Virus record (IMG/VR): IMGVR_UViG_3300010392_000784 | Reading direction: 5' to 3' (one strand) | Length of the DNA: 58,548 nt | DNA from: a virus | Part shown: positions 21,201-29,628 of the stretch, in pieces | How the letters are laid out: each line of letters starts with the position of its first letter | Position numbering within the stretch: the first letter of the stretch is position 1 | Position numbers and translations under genes: made by a program | The notes under the pieces: generated by a model | Told to the model about the DNA's origin: nothing | The model's input: the letters and a program-made list of their open reading frames with translations, nothing else | Databases searched by the model: none

Positions 21201-24200
21201 AGACGGCCGAAGTCGCGAAGGCGCCGTATGCGGGGTTTTCCGCGTCAATGAGAGCCGTCGTTGTCGCGGAGCAGATCCTGAAAAACGACCCGGCCTATGA
21301 GGCGTGGGTCAAAGACCTGGCCAAGGAAGGCGCAGCGGCGGCGATGGACACGGCTGTCGGCAACGCCGGCGTCACCTCGGCGAACTTCACATCGCTGATG
21401 CACAACGCCATCAGCCAGTTCCTTCTGGCCCTGAAGGCAGACCCGGCCGCGGATATGGCGATCGCCGCCATCAAGGCCGGAGAAAAGCCGGTGCTGACGG
21501 TCTCGAATACGAACGAGGGCTTCATCAAGGACTACGTCGACGACCACAACATCGAAGTCGGCGACCGCCTCGATATCACGTTCTCCGAGGTCGTGAAAAA
21601 CTATCTCAACCGCACGCGCCAGGTGTCAGTCAAGAAGCCGGACGCCGAACCGGGCGACAAGCCTGAACAACGGGTATTCCCGCTTTCGCGTGCCGGCCCG
21701 ACGACGCGCGCGGCCTACGAGGCCGCCCTTGCGGAAATCGACAAGATCGAGAACGTGCCGATCTCGCCCATCGACTACATGATCGACAAGATCGAGCGCG
21801 CCGGCTACTCCATGGGCGAGATTACCGGCCGGTCGACGCGGGTGCGCTACCACGCCGACGGCACCGCGACATTCGAGCGCCGCCCGCCGGTGATGAAGGA
21901 AGCGGCCGGCAAGCGATCGACGCTGAAACGGTTCAATTTCGGCGACCTCGACGGCATGCTGCTCAACCGGTCCGGCTCCACTGGTCTGTCTGCGCACGCC
22001 TCGTCTCTATTTTCAGACCAGAAGCCGCGGCACATGATCATCGTGCAGGCGGAGCCGAACATTGACACGCACATGCAGACGCTGGGCCGGGTCAACCGCG
22101 AAGGGCAGGTGGTTCTGCCGCGCTATTCCCAGCTTGTCGCCAACGTGCCGGCCGAGGTGCGCCCGGCGGCGATCCTGATGAAGAAAATGGCGAGCCTTGC
22201 CGCCAACACTACCGCCTCGCGCCGGTCTCCGCTGTCGTCGAACGCCGTGGATTTCATGAACAAGTACGGCGACAAGGTCGTCGATGCGGTGCTCGGTGAA
22301 AACGACCAGTGGAGCATCATCGCGCCCGAGACCGATGTGGATATCGCCCGCAAGGCAACCGGCCGCCTCGTGATGTTGCCGGTCGAAGAGCAGCAGGCAT
22401 TCCTGGACGAGGTCACCAGCCAGTACAACGAGCTGATCGAAAACCTGGACAAGATGGGGGAAAATGACCTCGAAGCGAAGTATGTCGACCTGAAAGCCGA
22501 ACTGATCGAGCGCGACGAGTTGAAGGCCGCCACCGGCGATTCCCCGTTCACGCAGGCTGTCTATATGGACAAGGTGTCGGCGCTGGCGCGAGGACAGTCC
22601 TATTCGGCGACGGAGCTCGTCGAGAAGATGCGCTCGACCCTCGGCCTTTCCGACGATCTCACACCGGCCCGGGTGATCGAGGAAGGCGTCCGTGTCGCCG
22701 GCTATGACGCGATGCAGGCGCGGATCAAGGAATTCACCGCCGCGCAAGACGCATGGCGCGAGGAACAGTTCAAGACCGCGAAGGACAAGGGCCGGGAATC
22801 GATCTCGAAGAAGGACCAGGCGGCGCGCGATCGCTTCTACGCCGTGTCGCGCACTGCGATCCCCGGCGCCGTGGTCGAGATCGACAACAACGGCGAGGCG
22901 GTCCCGGCTATCGTGCTCGAGGTTTCACGCTCCGGCAACGCCAAAATGCCGATGGCGCTGTCGGCCCACCGGCTCAAGCTGGCGCTGCCGACCGACGCGA
23001 AAGAGGTGTCGATCTCGTTCTCGAACGTGCTGCTCGAGGGCGACGCGGCCGGAGACGCCGACGCCGAGACCAAGAAGACCCGGATCAAGCGCGCTGGAAA
23101 CCAGTACCCGGCCAAGGATCTGATGGAGATGTTCGACGCCGCGGCGAAGACCGGGCGGCAGGAGCGCTACATCATCACCGGCAACGTGGTCTCTGGCTTC
23201 GACCTGGCCGGCGGGCGCGGGCAGGTGGTGCACTTCTCCGATGCGCAGGGCAACGTCAAGCCCGGCGTCCTGATGAACAAGCGGTACAACCACGAGAAGT
23301 TCATGGAGAAGCGGCCGGTCCGGTTCAAGACCGCGAGTCAGTTGCTCGAATTCATGGACAAGGTCTCACAGCCGGAAATCACCTCGACCGACAAGGTGAT
23401 CGACGTTCTCAAGGTGAGCGCGGACGAGATCGAGATCGAGACGCCGCGCGGGCGCAAGACGGCCGGCAAGTATTTCCTGGCGCCGGCGGTGCGCCGGGCG
23501 TCGGATGACGGGTTCGCCTCGGTCGGAAACCGCATGCGCTGGCGCGGGCCGCGCGCGCAGGCTCAGAAAGTGCTCGACGCCATGATCGGCGCTGGGGCGA
23601 TGTTCCAGACCACCTCCGATCAGGATGTGGCGATGGGCATTTTGAAAGGTGAGACGGCCGCTGCACCGGAGAACGCGAATAAGCCACCCCTGCCGCGCGG
23701 CTCCAAGCCGCAGACCTCCCGCATTCCTGGCATCACCGACCGCCTCGAAGCGACGAAGCAGGTTCGTAATGCCGAACTGACCAACGAGCTTTTCGACAAG
23801 GCTGACCGCATCCTGCCAGCTTCGGTGCGCCTGCGGCTGATCGACCGGTTCTCGGGCCGGGATGACGTCGAGATCTCCGGCGCCTACACCGATTTCATCA
23901 AGTCCGTCTGGATAGCGCTCTCCGTCACGAAGGACCCACACGCGACGCTGGGCCACGAGGCTATCCACGCGCTGCGCGATGTTGGCCTGTTCACACCGGC
24001 GGAATGGACGATCCTGTCACGCACCTCGGAGGCGCGCTGGTCGAACTGGCCCGGCATCCGCGACCACTACACCGGCTATTACGCCGGGCAGTTGTCTAGC
24101 CCGGAGGCCGTCGAGGAAGCGATCATCGAAGAAGGCGTCGCCTATGCCTTCGCCGAATACTTCACCACCGGCGAAATGCCGGAGGCGGGGTCGAGCGGCC

Positions 24201-27169
24201 GAGTGCAGGCGATCTTCGCCAAGATGAAGGAGTTCCTGGAACGCCTGCGGAACTGGCTTGCCGGCCATGGGTTCCAGAGCGTCGAAGACGTGTTCGAGCG
24301 GATCAAGACCGGCGGCGTGGCCGCGCGGGACAGAAGCGCAACGCAGGATACGGGAGAGACCGATCTCGACCGGGAACTGAACGCGGCGGTCGATGAAGCG
24401 CTGCGCGACCGCCCGCGCATGATGTTCGAGTTCGAGAACAAGGCCGGGGAAAAGCAATCGGTTTCCTTCACCCCGCCGGTCGACATGACGGCGCAGGCAT
24501 GGTCCGAGCGCAGCCGCCCGCTGCTTGTGCGCACCGCGAACGCGACCTGGAGCTTCCTTTCCGATCCGTCGGCCAATTCCACCGGAATCCGCCGCGTGCT
24601 TCAGGACCGGTTCATCGACTGGAAGAAGTACCAGCAGGCGATCGAGGAGAACGACGGCAGGGCGCTCGCCGAAAGCCTGGACGCCTACATGGCCGAAAGC
24701 CTCTATTACGGCCGCGCCGGCCAGCGCCTCGACGACTTCAGGAACGACAAGGCGCTGCCGCTGATCAAGGAAATTTCCGACCGGGGCCTGACCTACGAGC
24801 AGGTGAACGACTACCTCTACGCTCGCCACGCGCCGGAGCGGAACGCCTACATCGCCTCGATCAACGACAAGTTCCCAGACGGCGGGTCCGGCATGACCAA
24901 CCAGGAGGCGTTCGACGTCATCGAGCGGTTCGGCGACAAGGGCAAGCTCGAGGATCTGGCGGCGGTCGAGACGATGGCGCAGGAAATCCTCGACGATGCC
25001 CGCAAGACGCTGCTCAGCGGCGGCCTGATCAGCCGGGAGACCTATGACCAGTGGGCGGAGCAATACGAGGCCTACGTGCCGTTGCGCGGCTGGGATCAGG
25101 ACCCGGAGGTCGACACCGACCCGGTCCACATGAACGCCGGCCGCCGCTTCGATATCCGCGGCAAGGAAGCGCACCCGGCCTATGGGCGCCGGACGAAAGC
25201 CGATTCCCCGCTCGCCTACATCTTCGGCCAGGCGCAGCAGGCTATCCTGCGCTCGGAGAAGAACCGGGTCGGCAAGACCGTCCTGCGGCTGGTGCAGCAA
25301 AACCCGAACCCGAAAATCTGGGAGATCAACAAGCAGGAGAAGACGCGCCGCCTCAACAAGCTGACGGGCATGGTCGAAGAGGTCGCGGACCGGAACCACA
25401 AGCTGGACGACAACGTCTTCTCGGTGAAGGTCGGCGGCGTCGAGCACTACATTACGTTCCACGATCCGAACCTGGCTCTTGCAGTCAAGGGCATGGGCAC
25501 CGAGCAGATGAACGCGTTTTTCAAGACGCTGGCGACGCTCAACCGGTATCTGGCCTACATGAACACGGCGCTCAATCCCGAGTTCCTGATCTCGAACTTC
25601 ACCCGAGACCTGCAGACAGCGCTGATCCACCTGAGCAACGAGGACAAGAAGGGGCTGCGAACCGCGGTGGTCCGCGATCTGCGAAAGGCGCTCGCCGGGT
25701 CGTGGCGCGGGCTGGCCGGGCAGGAAGACACCGAATGGTCAAGGCACTTCCGCGAGTATGCCGATGCCGGCGGCAAGATCACGTTCTTCGGCCTGCAGGA
25801 CATCGAGACGATCAAAAAGCGGATGGACGCGGACTTCAGGAACCTGGACCCGAGCAAGCCGCGGCAGATGGCCAAGGCGTTTCTGGCGGTGAAGGACGGC
25901 GTCGACCGGGCGAACCAGTCGGTCGAGAACGCCATCCGCCTGTCGACCTATGTCAACCTGCGGCGCGCCGGCGTGTCGAAGGCGAAGGCAGCCAGCGCCG
26001 CCCGCGAGCTCACCGTGAACTTCAACAGGAAGGGAACGGCCGGTCTCGCGATCAACGCGCTCTACCTGTTCGCCAACGCATCGATCCAGGGCAGCATGCG
26101 CATGGTCCAGGCGATGAAGGGGAAAAGGGCGCGGCGCATTGCGTTTGCCATCGTCCTGTTCGGCGCGCTGATGGACATGCTGAACCGGTGGCTCGCCGAC
26201 GATGACGACGACGGCAAGAACCTCTACGACAAGATCCCCTACTACGTGAAAGAGCGGAACTTCATCCTGATGCTGCCGGGCGGCAAGGGTGAATTCCTCA
26301 AATTCCCGCTGCCCTACGGCTACAACGTCATGCAGGCGTTCGGCCAGCAGGTTTCGGCCGCGATGTGGGGCGCTGAGGACACGCTCAAGGCGGCTACCAA
26401 CATTGTCACGACGGCCATGAACAGCTTCAACCCGATCGGCGGCGGCCCGACGATCTGGCACCAGATCTCGCCGACGTTCACCGACCCGGCGATCGACCTC
26501 CTGAGCAATCAGAACTGGTTCGGCGGCCCGATCTATCCGCACGTCTATGACCCGCGCCGGCCGCCGCCCGACAGCCAGCTCTATTTCAACAGCGCGCGCG
26601 AGCCGTCGAAGTGGATCACGAAAAAGATCAATGAGGCGTTCGGCGGCAACACGGTCCGCTCCTCTGGCCCGATGGATATCTCGCCGGAAACGCTCGACCA
26701 CATGTTCGACTTCTTCGCCGGCGGCGCCGGCATGTTCTGGGGCCGGGTCACCGATCTGCCGATGAAGATGCTTGCCGGCGAGGAAATCGAAACGAAGGAC
26801 ATCCCGTTCCTGCGCAAGGTCTATGGCGAGAAGGCAAAATATTGGGACAAGTCCCTCTATTACGAGATCTCCGACAGCGTGCTTCTGGTCGAAAAGGAGG
26901 TGAAAACCTTCCGCCAGGCCGGCGACCATGAAAAGTCCCGCGAGGTGGCGAAGACCTACGGCACCGAATACAGAATGATCAGCCTGGTCAAGGCGGCCGA
27001 GAACAAGTTGCGCCAGCTCCGCAAGCACAGAAACGCCGCGAAGGCGCTCACGGACCCGGAAAATCGGCGCAAACAACTTGATCGCATCGAGGATGCCATG
27101 CGAAGAGTACAACTCAAGGTCCGGCGCCGGTACTACGATCTCGATCGCCAGAGGCGCGCCGCGGAATAG
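15293..27169 (+). CDS. Giant polyvalent virion protein (3,958 aa): N6-adenine methylase + strawberry-notch-like SF2 helicase + zincin peptidase + other modules
   Basis: Single open frame with G/C-ending codons except 19839-20141. Motifs: VYEPTAGNGMLL and NPPF (19424-19435); GTGKG (20420-20434), DESH (20876-20887), FSSATYA, HMQTLGRVNREGQ; HEAIH (23954-23968). Gly-rich hydrophobic N-terminal segments and a C-terminal TM (~26125-26190). Sits in the T7 gp16 position. Confidence 0.8.
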   Translation: MGTAWDLPEGFVYESDIATPDPSTEKAAPAWALPEGFVYESELKAKAPAPTATATTPETETGPGFTDYLKEIGGQLYSGGAGTVASALKGVGAADVVPKNVIEETDRDLRRVKDMTDEEFGAFRSKIIKKLGVKSLPVQAAAFGLRKGIIKKPEELDSYKGWKDRFTTTLEKSPVFMAGEAISKHIENDVAKDPRFKDSWTRAFASGAGSAIPYFALGALSGGVGTGIGLGLGIEAQGGEAIDRARAKKATLEQVLEAARISSIIGGTEQLPMEVIFERFPLLRAIKPAWKKIIAQGATEAVQEGTQQIWQNSVAKLVYDPKADIIDWDVLKSMIVGAGVGSGLGGIHEAGKYAGERNARRKLNAEARKAGVEGTTFTGAPGTEGEAGASGGETGAGPAPGGYAPSEEEIFARMADMVGGPEVVDRYRTTPKMFDRLYQEARNAIIADAAGGVPGRAALPAPSGTGETGGTETAAPATETGTGEAEAGTPAPEGADTGKTAPAASVKADETDDEGTRTLIAAGYTRDQIADMGSIERDDAIAEARDAGVVPMPEGFELDTSGTKTKPKTVETEADIRHAETHVETKPTDAQKEAGNYKKGHIRFKGLDITIETPKGEERTNKDPNGPKWSVKVPEAYGYVKRTRGADEDQVDVYVGPKVDSDRAYVVDQLDLKTGKFDETKVILGADSAKAARDIYEKGFSDGRGAERIGAVSETDIAGLQEWLRSGDARAPYSGELASPAGEKGAGGTAEEPAATPAAEGSEPATTGKASAPEVSPAEGSVETTEKKPAAAPAPETETWRRNFIAARKEAKSRGIDIVGKTGDELIAEIEEQDRQKAVEAGKDLLGKPVKMGGEAAATAENPNLGPLFSPPKDDYAKLAILKSVREGRRQSKEPLMAPINWLIGEGLVNPVRKRGKQYLTLSPKGEELLASLEPGVEGETAAKPAEGGTEASAEPAVTPTSAPSRTTLEKGAESETEPADDESGIHTAWNRMDRSTRLAAVTKATGREPEARAGTGVHFRPWTALSDEIKGQLRPVMRDYLENGSASLYAEVTPEPHGQLPQGQETEAASEPKTTTDRDLFIRNFGGSSDVGWSTRVKGPNGKWYSLRMAGNARGFSVWKTQKTQTLDSSHFAPQGQEDWNSTQAAEAAAEHAGFSVPKPEQESETAAAEKPAASPAVATPEPQETAATETKPADLVSAFTDFLIDPANSFKTINEARRFAKEHGFEAKAGAASAKAMEEQLELALVLASRELIAKAGSPAAAYDALVSLYERQPKLGARTSKSMAEQAYSTPAPLGYLTQVLAGVGPKTEVYEPTAGNGMLLTGADPTRVLANEIDETRRANLKRQGFQRVTGHRLPGVQPGAVGAEEAVDVVVMNPPFGPVKGEDGRSEKFKVGKLTTTQIDHAIALNALEAMPDNGRAVMIVGAIGKTIQSPEQRAAAYNAAAKRKFYWNLYNQYNVVDHFTVDGDLYAKQGAAWPVDVIVVEGRGKSSLPLPAIEPPKVLSTWDELKGKIDARPETVVSKPVGKPAGEPASREPKPVEGRGPSDRGPVEGQRPDTGRGDDQVREPVPVRDRPPDREPGSVREQQPGASYRDRLESGRKRDGGRSDLAPAAVAENEAPAAQVEYRPASTQPTLKTFVPSGMRSSAESALMAVEDERGPIDQFVADELAYDVGRLSEYFGAEQIDAIALAVHQIKRGKAFIIGDQTGTGKGRVNAALLRYAMVQGKTPVFFTENTTLYGDMVRDLNDIGIREYLGRDVNPFMTNTKESVPLDEEALDWFADDQEAKVAGEKRPPKRGKFFTSPDKEVVEEQMREIVSGGLGGYDIVFSTYTQMQTTNGQENARRNFMRNIISDAIAAFDESHNAFGGSKGEREAKDKIGGRAEVIRELTQKAYGVLFSSATYAKRPDGMDLYARTDLGDAVENIQDLGPTIEAGGVPLQQIIASMLADAGQYVRREKSFEGIEYAMETAEVAKAPYAGFSASMRAVVVAEQILKNDPAYEAWVKDLAKEGAAAAMDTAVGNAGVTSANFTSLMHNAISQFLLALKADPAADMAIAAIKAGEKPVLTVSNTNEGFIKDYVDDHNIEVGDRLDITFSEVVKNYLNRTRQVSVKKPDAEPGDKPEQRVFPLSRAGPTTRAAYEAALAEIDKIENVPISPIDYMIDKIERAGYSMGEITGRSTRVRYHADGTATFERRPPVMKEAAGKRSTLKRFNFGDLDGMLLNRSGSTGLSAHASSLFSDQKPRHMIIVQAEPNIDTHMQTLGRVNREGQVVLPRYSQLVANVPAEVRPAAILMKKMASLAANTTASRRSPLSSNAVDFMNKYGDKVVDAVLGENDQWSIIAPETDVDIARKATGRLVMLPVEEQQAFLDEVTSQYNELIENLDKMGENDLEAKYVDLKAELIERDELKAATGDSPFTQAVYMDKVSALARGQSYSATELVEKMRSTLGLSDDLTPARVIEEGVRVAGYDAMQARIKEFTAAQDAWREEQFKTAKDKGRESISKKDQAARDRFYAVSRTAIPGAVVEIDNNGEAVPAIVLEVSRSGNAKMPMALSAHRLKLALPTDAKEVSISFSNVLLEGDAAGDADAETKKTRIKRAGNQYPAKDLMEMFDAAAKTGRQERYIITGNVVSGFDLAGGRGQVVHFSDAQGNVKPGVLMNKRYNHEKFMEKRPVRFKTASQLLEFMDKVSQPEITSTDKVIDVLKVSADEIEIETPRGRKTAGKYFLAPAVRRASDDGFASVGNRMRWRGPRAQAQKVLDAMIGAGAMFQTTSDQDVAMGILKGETAAAPENANKPPLPRGSKPQTSRIPGITDRLEATKQVRNAELTNELFDKADRILPASVRLRLIDRFSGRDDVEISGAYTDFIKSVWIALSVTKDPHATLGHEAIHALRDVGLFTPAEWTILSRTSEARWSNWPGIRDHYTGYYAGQLSSPEAVEEAIIEEGVAYAFAEYFTTGEMPEAGSSGRVQAIFAKMKEFLERLRNWLAGHGFQSVEDVFERIKTGGVAARDRSATQDTGETDLDRELNAAVDEALRDRPRMMFEFENKAGEKQSVSFTPPVDMTAQAWSERSRPLLVRTANATWSFLSDPSANSTGIRRVLQDRFIDWKKYQQAIEENDGRALAESLDAYMAESLYYGRAGQRLDDFRNDKALPLIKEISDRGLTYEQVNDYLYARHAPERNAYIASINDKFPDGGSGMTNQEAFDVIERFGDKGKLEDLAAVETMAQEILDDARKTLLSGGLISRETYDQWAEQYEAYVPLRGWDQDPEVDTDPVHMNAGRRFDIRGKEAHPAYGRRTKADSPLAYIFGQAQQAILRSEKNRVGKTVLRLVQQNPNPKIWEINKQEKTRRLNKLTGMVEEVADRNHKLDDNVFSVKVGGVEHYITFHDPNLALAVKGMGTEQMNAFFKTLATLNRYLAYMNTALNPEFLISNFTRDLQTALIHLSNEDKKGLRTAVVRDLRKALAGSWRGLAGQEDTEWSRHFREYADAGGKITFFGLQDIETIKKRMDADFRNLDPSKPRQMAKAFLAVKDGVDRANQSVENAIRLSTYVNLRRAGVSKAKAASAARELTVNFNRKGTAGLAINALYLFANASIQGSMRMVQAMKGKRARRIAFAIVLFGALMDMLNRWLADDDDDGKNLYDKIPYYVKERNFILMLPGGKGEFLKFPLPYGYNVMQAFGQQVSAAMWGAEDTLKAATNIVTTAMNSFNPIGGGPTIWHQISPTFTDPAIDLLSNQNWFGGPIYPHVYDPRRPPPDSQLYFNSAREPSKWITKKINEAFGGNTVRSSGPMDISPETLDHMFDFFAGGAGMFWGRVTDLPMKMLAGEEIETKDIPFLRKVYGEKAKYWDKSLYYEISDSVLLVEKEVKTFRQAGDHEKSREVAKTYGTEYRMISLVKAAENKLRQLRKHRNAAKALTDPENRRKQLDRIEDAMRRVQLKVRRRYYDLDRQRRAAE
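17060..17440 (+). other. Module in the giant ORF with an inorganic-pyrophosphatase-like motif string (approximate bounds)
   Basis: GLDITIETPKGEERTNKD...AYGYVKRTRGADEDQVDVYVG resembles the PPase IEIPKG / YGFIPQT / DGDPLDV pattern; weak. Confidence 0.3.
18460..18484. repeat. Degenerate (23/25) intragenic copy of the 25-bp palindrome
   Basis: ACCTCATGGTCAATTACCACAAGGT versus the consensus ACCTYATGGTCAWTGACCATRAGGT. Confidence 0.6.
18885..19835 (+). other. N6-adenine DNA methyltransferase module of the giant ORF (approximate bounds)
   Basis: Motif I EPTAGNG (~19235-19255) and motif IV NPPF (19424-19435); ends ...STWDELKGKID. Confidence 0.7.
19839..20141 (+). CDS. Nested +1-frame gene (100 aa, no recognised family) inside the methylase-helicase linker of the giant ORF
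   Basis: ATG with GAAGGGGAAG upstream; TGA four codons upstream in the same frame; own TAG. Hand count of third positions: 84/100 G/C in this frame versus 39/100 in the giant frame. Product has globular-type composition. Confidence 0.6.
   Translation: MQDPKQSYLNRLANRLASLLQENRSRWKGEARVIEAQLRDNGLIPDAVTIRYESPFQFATDLLIENPEVYENSNLGRLIATDWNPDESETAGDLTSHLLL
20150..22260 (+). other. SF2 helicase module (strawberry-notch-like) of the giant ORF (approximate bounds)
   Basis: Walker A GTGKG, DESH box, SAT motif, and motif VI-like QTLGRVNREGQ at ~22075-22105. Confidence 0.65.
23954..23968 (+). other. HExxH zincin active-site motif in the giant ORF
   Basis: LGHEAIHALRDVG. Confidence 0.55.
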
Positions 27170-27178
27170 GAGAGCATC

Positions 27179-28102
27179 ATGCAGCTATCCAAGAAGGGTG
27201 CCGAGTTCATCGAACGCCACGAGGGGTTTGTGTCGCGCGCCTATCGCGACGCGGTCGGCGTCTGGACGATCGGCACCGGCTTCACCAACATGTCCAAGAC
27301 CGCCGTTCGCATGCTGGGCAAGATCGCGCCCGGCAAGACGATCACCAGAGAGCAGAGCCGCCGCGTTCTGATCGAAGCGGTTTCGGAGGAATACGGCCCG
27401 CCGGTCGAGCGCGGCCTGCCGAACTGCAACCAGCACGAATACGACGCAGGGTGCTCCGTCACCTTCAACTGCGGGCCAGGCGCGATGACCTGGGCATGGG
27501 CACGGCTGTGGCGCGGCGGGCAGAAGCGCGCCGGCTGGGTTCGGCTGAGGACCACGGCGGTCACCGGGCGCGGGCCGCGCGGGCGGCGCAAGCTTGCCGG
27601 GCTGGTGCGCCGCCGGCGTGAGGAATCGGATCTCGGCTTGTTCGGCAACTATGGTTTCGGCATCGGCCCGGGCGACCGCCGCGAGGAAGGATCCGGCAAA
27701 GAGGAGCCAGACAAGCAAGTTCTCAAGGCGCAGGCCAACCTGGTCCGCCTCGGCGCGGACATCGCGGTCGACGGATATCTCGGCCCGAAGACCAAGGCCG
27801 CGCTGCTTGCTTTCCAGAAGGCGCACCCGAACCTGAAGAACGACGGCATCCTCGGCCCGGCCACCCAGGCGCAGCTCGAGCGCGCCGTGAGCGCCAAGGG
27901 AGAGGCGAAGACCGGAGGTGGAGTGGCGGGCACCGGAGCGGCCGGCGCGGTCGTCGCCGCCTACCAGTGGCCGAACCTGTGGCCGTGGATCGTCGGAGGC
28001 GTGGCGCTGGTGCTTGTCGCTGGCGGGCTGTGGCTGGCGATCCGCCGCCGCGAGGAGCTAACCTCGTGGATCAACCGCAAACTTGGAAGGGAAGTGGAAT
28101 GA
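27179..28102 (+). CDS. Endolysin: GH24-type lysozyme + PG_binding_1-like domain + C-terminal TM segment
   Basis: EFIERHEGFVSRAYRDAVGVWTIGTGFT (lysozyme signature); GYLGPKTKAALLAFQKAHPNLKNDGILGPATQAQL; C-terminal WPWIVGGVALVLVAGGLWLAI. Confidence 0.85.
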   Translation: MQLSKKGAEFIERHEGFVSRAYRDAVGVWTIGTGFTNMSKTAVRMLGKIAPGKTITREQSRRVLIEAVSEEYGPPVERGLPNCNQHEYDAGCSVTFNCGPGAMTWAWARLWRGGQKRAGWVRLRTTAVTGRGPRGRRKLAGLVRRRREESDLGLFGNYGFGIGPGDRREEGSGKEEPDKQVLKAQANLVRLGADIAVDGYLGPKTKAALLAFQKAHPNLKNDGILGPATQAQLERAVSAKGEAKTGGGVAGTGAAGAVVAAYQWPNLWPWIVGGVALVLVAGGLWLAIRRREELTSWINRKLGREVE

Positions 28103-28266
28103 TCTCTCACCTGATCACCCTCGCAATCGGCTTGGCGCTTGGCATCGTTCTCGCCAAGATCGGCTGGAAAAACATCTGGGCCGCTCTGATCGCGGTTGCA
28201 GGCGCAGCCGGCGTGACGTGGGCGGATAAGCTGGACTGGCTGGACCCGACGAAGTGGGGAGGCTGA
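28099..28266 (+). CDS. Small membrane protein (55 aa, 2 TM), holin/antiholin candidate
   Basis: ATGA overlap with the endolysin stop; two hydrophobic helices. Confidence 0.55.
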   Translation: MISHLITLAIGLALGIVLAKIGWKNIWAALIAVAGAAGVTWADKLDWLDPTKWGG

Positions 28267-28267
28267 C

Positions 28268-28537
28268 ATGCTCGACGCCTTCCTCGACCGCATCTGGGCC
28301 CGCGTCCGGGGCTTCAAAACCCGCGCCCTGACCTGGGCAGGCACCATAATTTCCGGCCTGCTCTTGTTCGATGCTTCGATGCTTACGCCGGTCGCGCGAG
28401 CCGTTGGCCTACCAGACAAATGGATTGCCGTGATCCCCGTGGTGCTGTTCGTCCTCGCGGCGATCAATAAGGAAATCGACGCCATGCAGGATCGGCGGGC
28501 GAAGAAGGCTGCCACGCCGCCGGGGAAGGTGAACTGA
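28268..28537 (+). CDS. Membrane protein (89 aa, 2 TM, basic tail), holin candidate
   Basis: Hydrophobic helices GTIISGLLLF and WIAVIPVVLFVLAAI; charged C-terminus. Confidence 0.55.
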   Translation: MLDAFLDRIWARVRGFKTRALTWAGTIISGLLLFDASMLTPVARAVGLPDKWIAVIPVVLFVLAAINKEIDAMQDRRAKKAATPPGKVN

Positions 28538-28540
28538 CCC

Positions 28541-28945
28541 ATGTTCTCCATCGTCTTCAAAGCCATCCTGTCCGCCTTCACCGGTTCCGTGCTGCCGAGC
28601 CTTGAGCGCGCCTACAAGGCGAAGCTGGACGCCGACACCGAGGAGAAGAAGCTTGCGGCCGAAGCCAATATCAAGCTGCTGGAGGAGCGTGCGGCCACCA
28701 TACAGGCCGGAATGCGTGCCAGATGGTTCTGGATACCGTGGAGCATGTTTGCCGTCTCTCTGGCCTTCTGGTGGGTCCTGGTGATGATCGACACCTGCCT
28801 GCCGTTCGTTCATCTGGGGATCGGCGATCTGCCGAACTCCATCAAGCCGTGGGCAAACACCATTTTCAACAACCTGTTCATCAGCGGCGGCGCGGTCGGC
28901 GGGCTCCAGGTGATCGGCGGCGCCATCACAAGGCTGAGGAAATGA
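28541..28945 (+). CDS. 3-TM holin-like protein (134 aa), resembles the GTA-type holin family
   Basis: N-terminal charged helix (KLDADTEEKKLAAEANIKLLEE) followed by W-rich TM segments; family assigned from recollection. Confidence 0.5.
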   Translation: MFSIVFKAILSAFTGSVLPSLERAYKAKLDADTEEKKLAAEANIKLLEERAATIQAGMRARWFWIPWSMFAVSLAFWWVLVMIDTCLPFVHLGIGDLPNSIKPWANTIFNNLFISGGAVGGLQVIGGAITRLRK

Positions 28946-29616
28946 CCGACGCGCTCACCTACATTTACCGGCACATGGTCGGCCTTGCTGTCGCGATCGT
29001 CATCGCGTCTCTTCTCGGTATCGGGCTGGCGCAGCTTCTCCCAGCGCCGGAGCGCGCGGGGGCAATCCTCAGACTGCGGGCCGCGAATGGGCTGGGCACC
29101 GGATTCCATGTCGGAGGCGGTCTCGTTTTCACGGCGGCCCACGTTGCGCGGTTTTCGCATGATGGAAAATTCCGGGCGACCGACGATGCCGGCGGGAAGC
29201 ACACAGGAGAAGTCCTATGGAGAAACGACAGGTACGATGTCGCCATGATCCGGGTGAACAGGTGGTATGGGCTTGGTAGCCTCCGCATGAGGTGCAAGAC
29301 GCCCGCTGTGGGCGATGCAGTCTCGACGACCGGCCATCCGATGGGAATGCTTTTTCTGTCCGCCTATGGGCGCATTGCCTCGATCAAGCCGAACGCTCTC
29401 GGCAGGCGGACCTGGCGCAACGTCATCATGGCCGACATGAAAGTGCATAGCGGCATGTCTGGCGGCCCGGTTCTCGATTCTTCCGGTGCGATTGTCGGAA
29501 TGCTGGTCGGCGCGCTCAGGAAGCGGATATTTGGAACGCCGTTTGCGAGTGGAGAGAACTACTCGTTCATTGTCCCGGCATCCGCCCTATGCGGCATGTT
29601 CCCGAAAATGCGCTGA
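28942..29616 (+). CDS. Membrane-anchored trypsin-like (S1) serine protease (224 aa)
   Basis: ATGA overlap; N-terminal TM VGLAVAIVIASLLGIGLA; catalytic-triad contexts TAAHV, DVAMIRV, GMSGGPVLD. Confidence 0.75.
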   Translation: MTDALTYIYRHMVGLAVAIVIASLLGIGLAQLLPAPERAGAILRLRAANGLGTGFHVGGGLVFTAAHVARFSHDGKFRATDDAGGKHTGEVLWRNDRYDVAMIRVNRWYGLGSLRMRCKTPAVGDAVSTTGHPMGMLFLSAYGRIASIKPNALGRRTWRNVIMADMKVHSGMSGGPVLDSSGAIVGMLVGALRKRIFGTPFASGENYSFIVPASALCGMFPKMR

Positions 29617-29628
29617 CAGGATAGAACA

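Noticed and set aside
15293-27169. Interpretation of the giant ORF as an N4-like virion RNA polymerase
   Set aside because: The motifs found are methylase (NPPF), SF2 helicase (GTGKG/DESH) and zincin (HExxH). I saw no RNA-polymerase-type motifs, and the genome is not N4-like in size or gene order.
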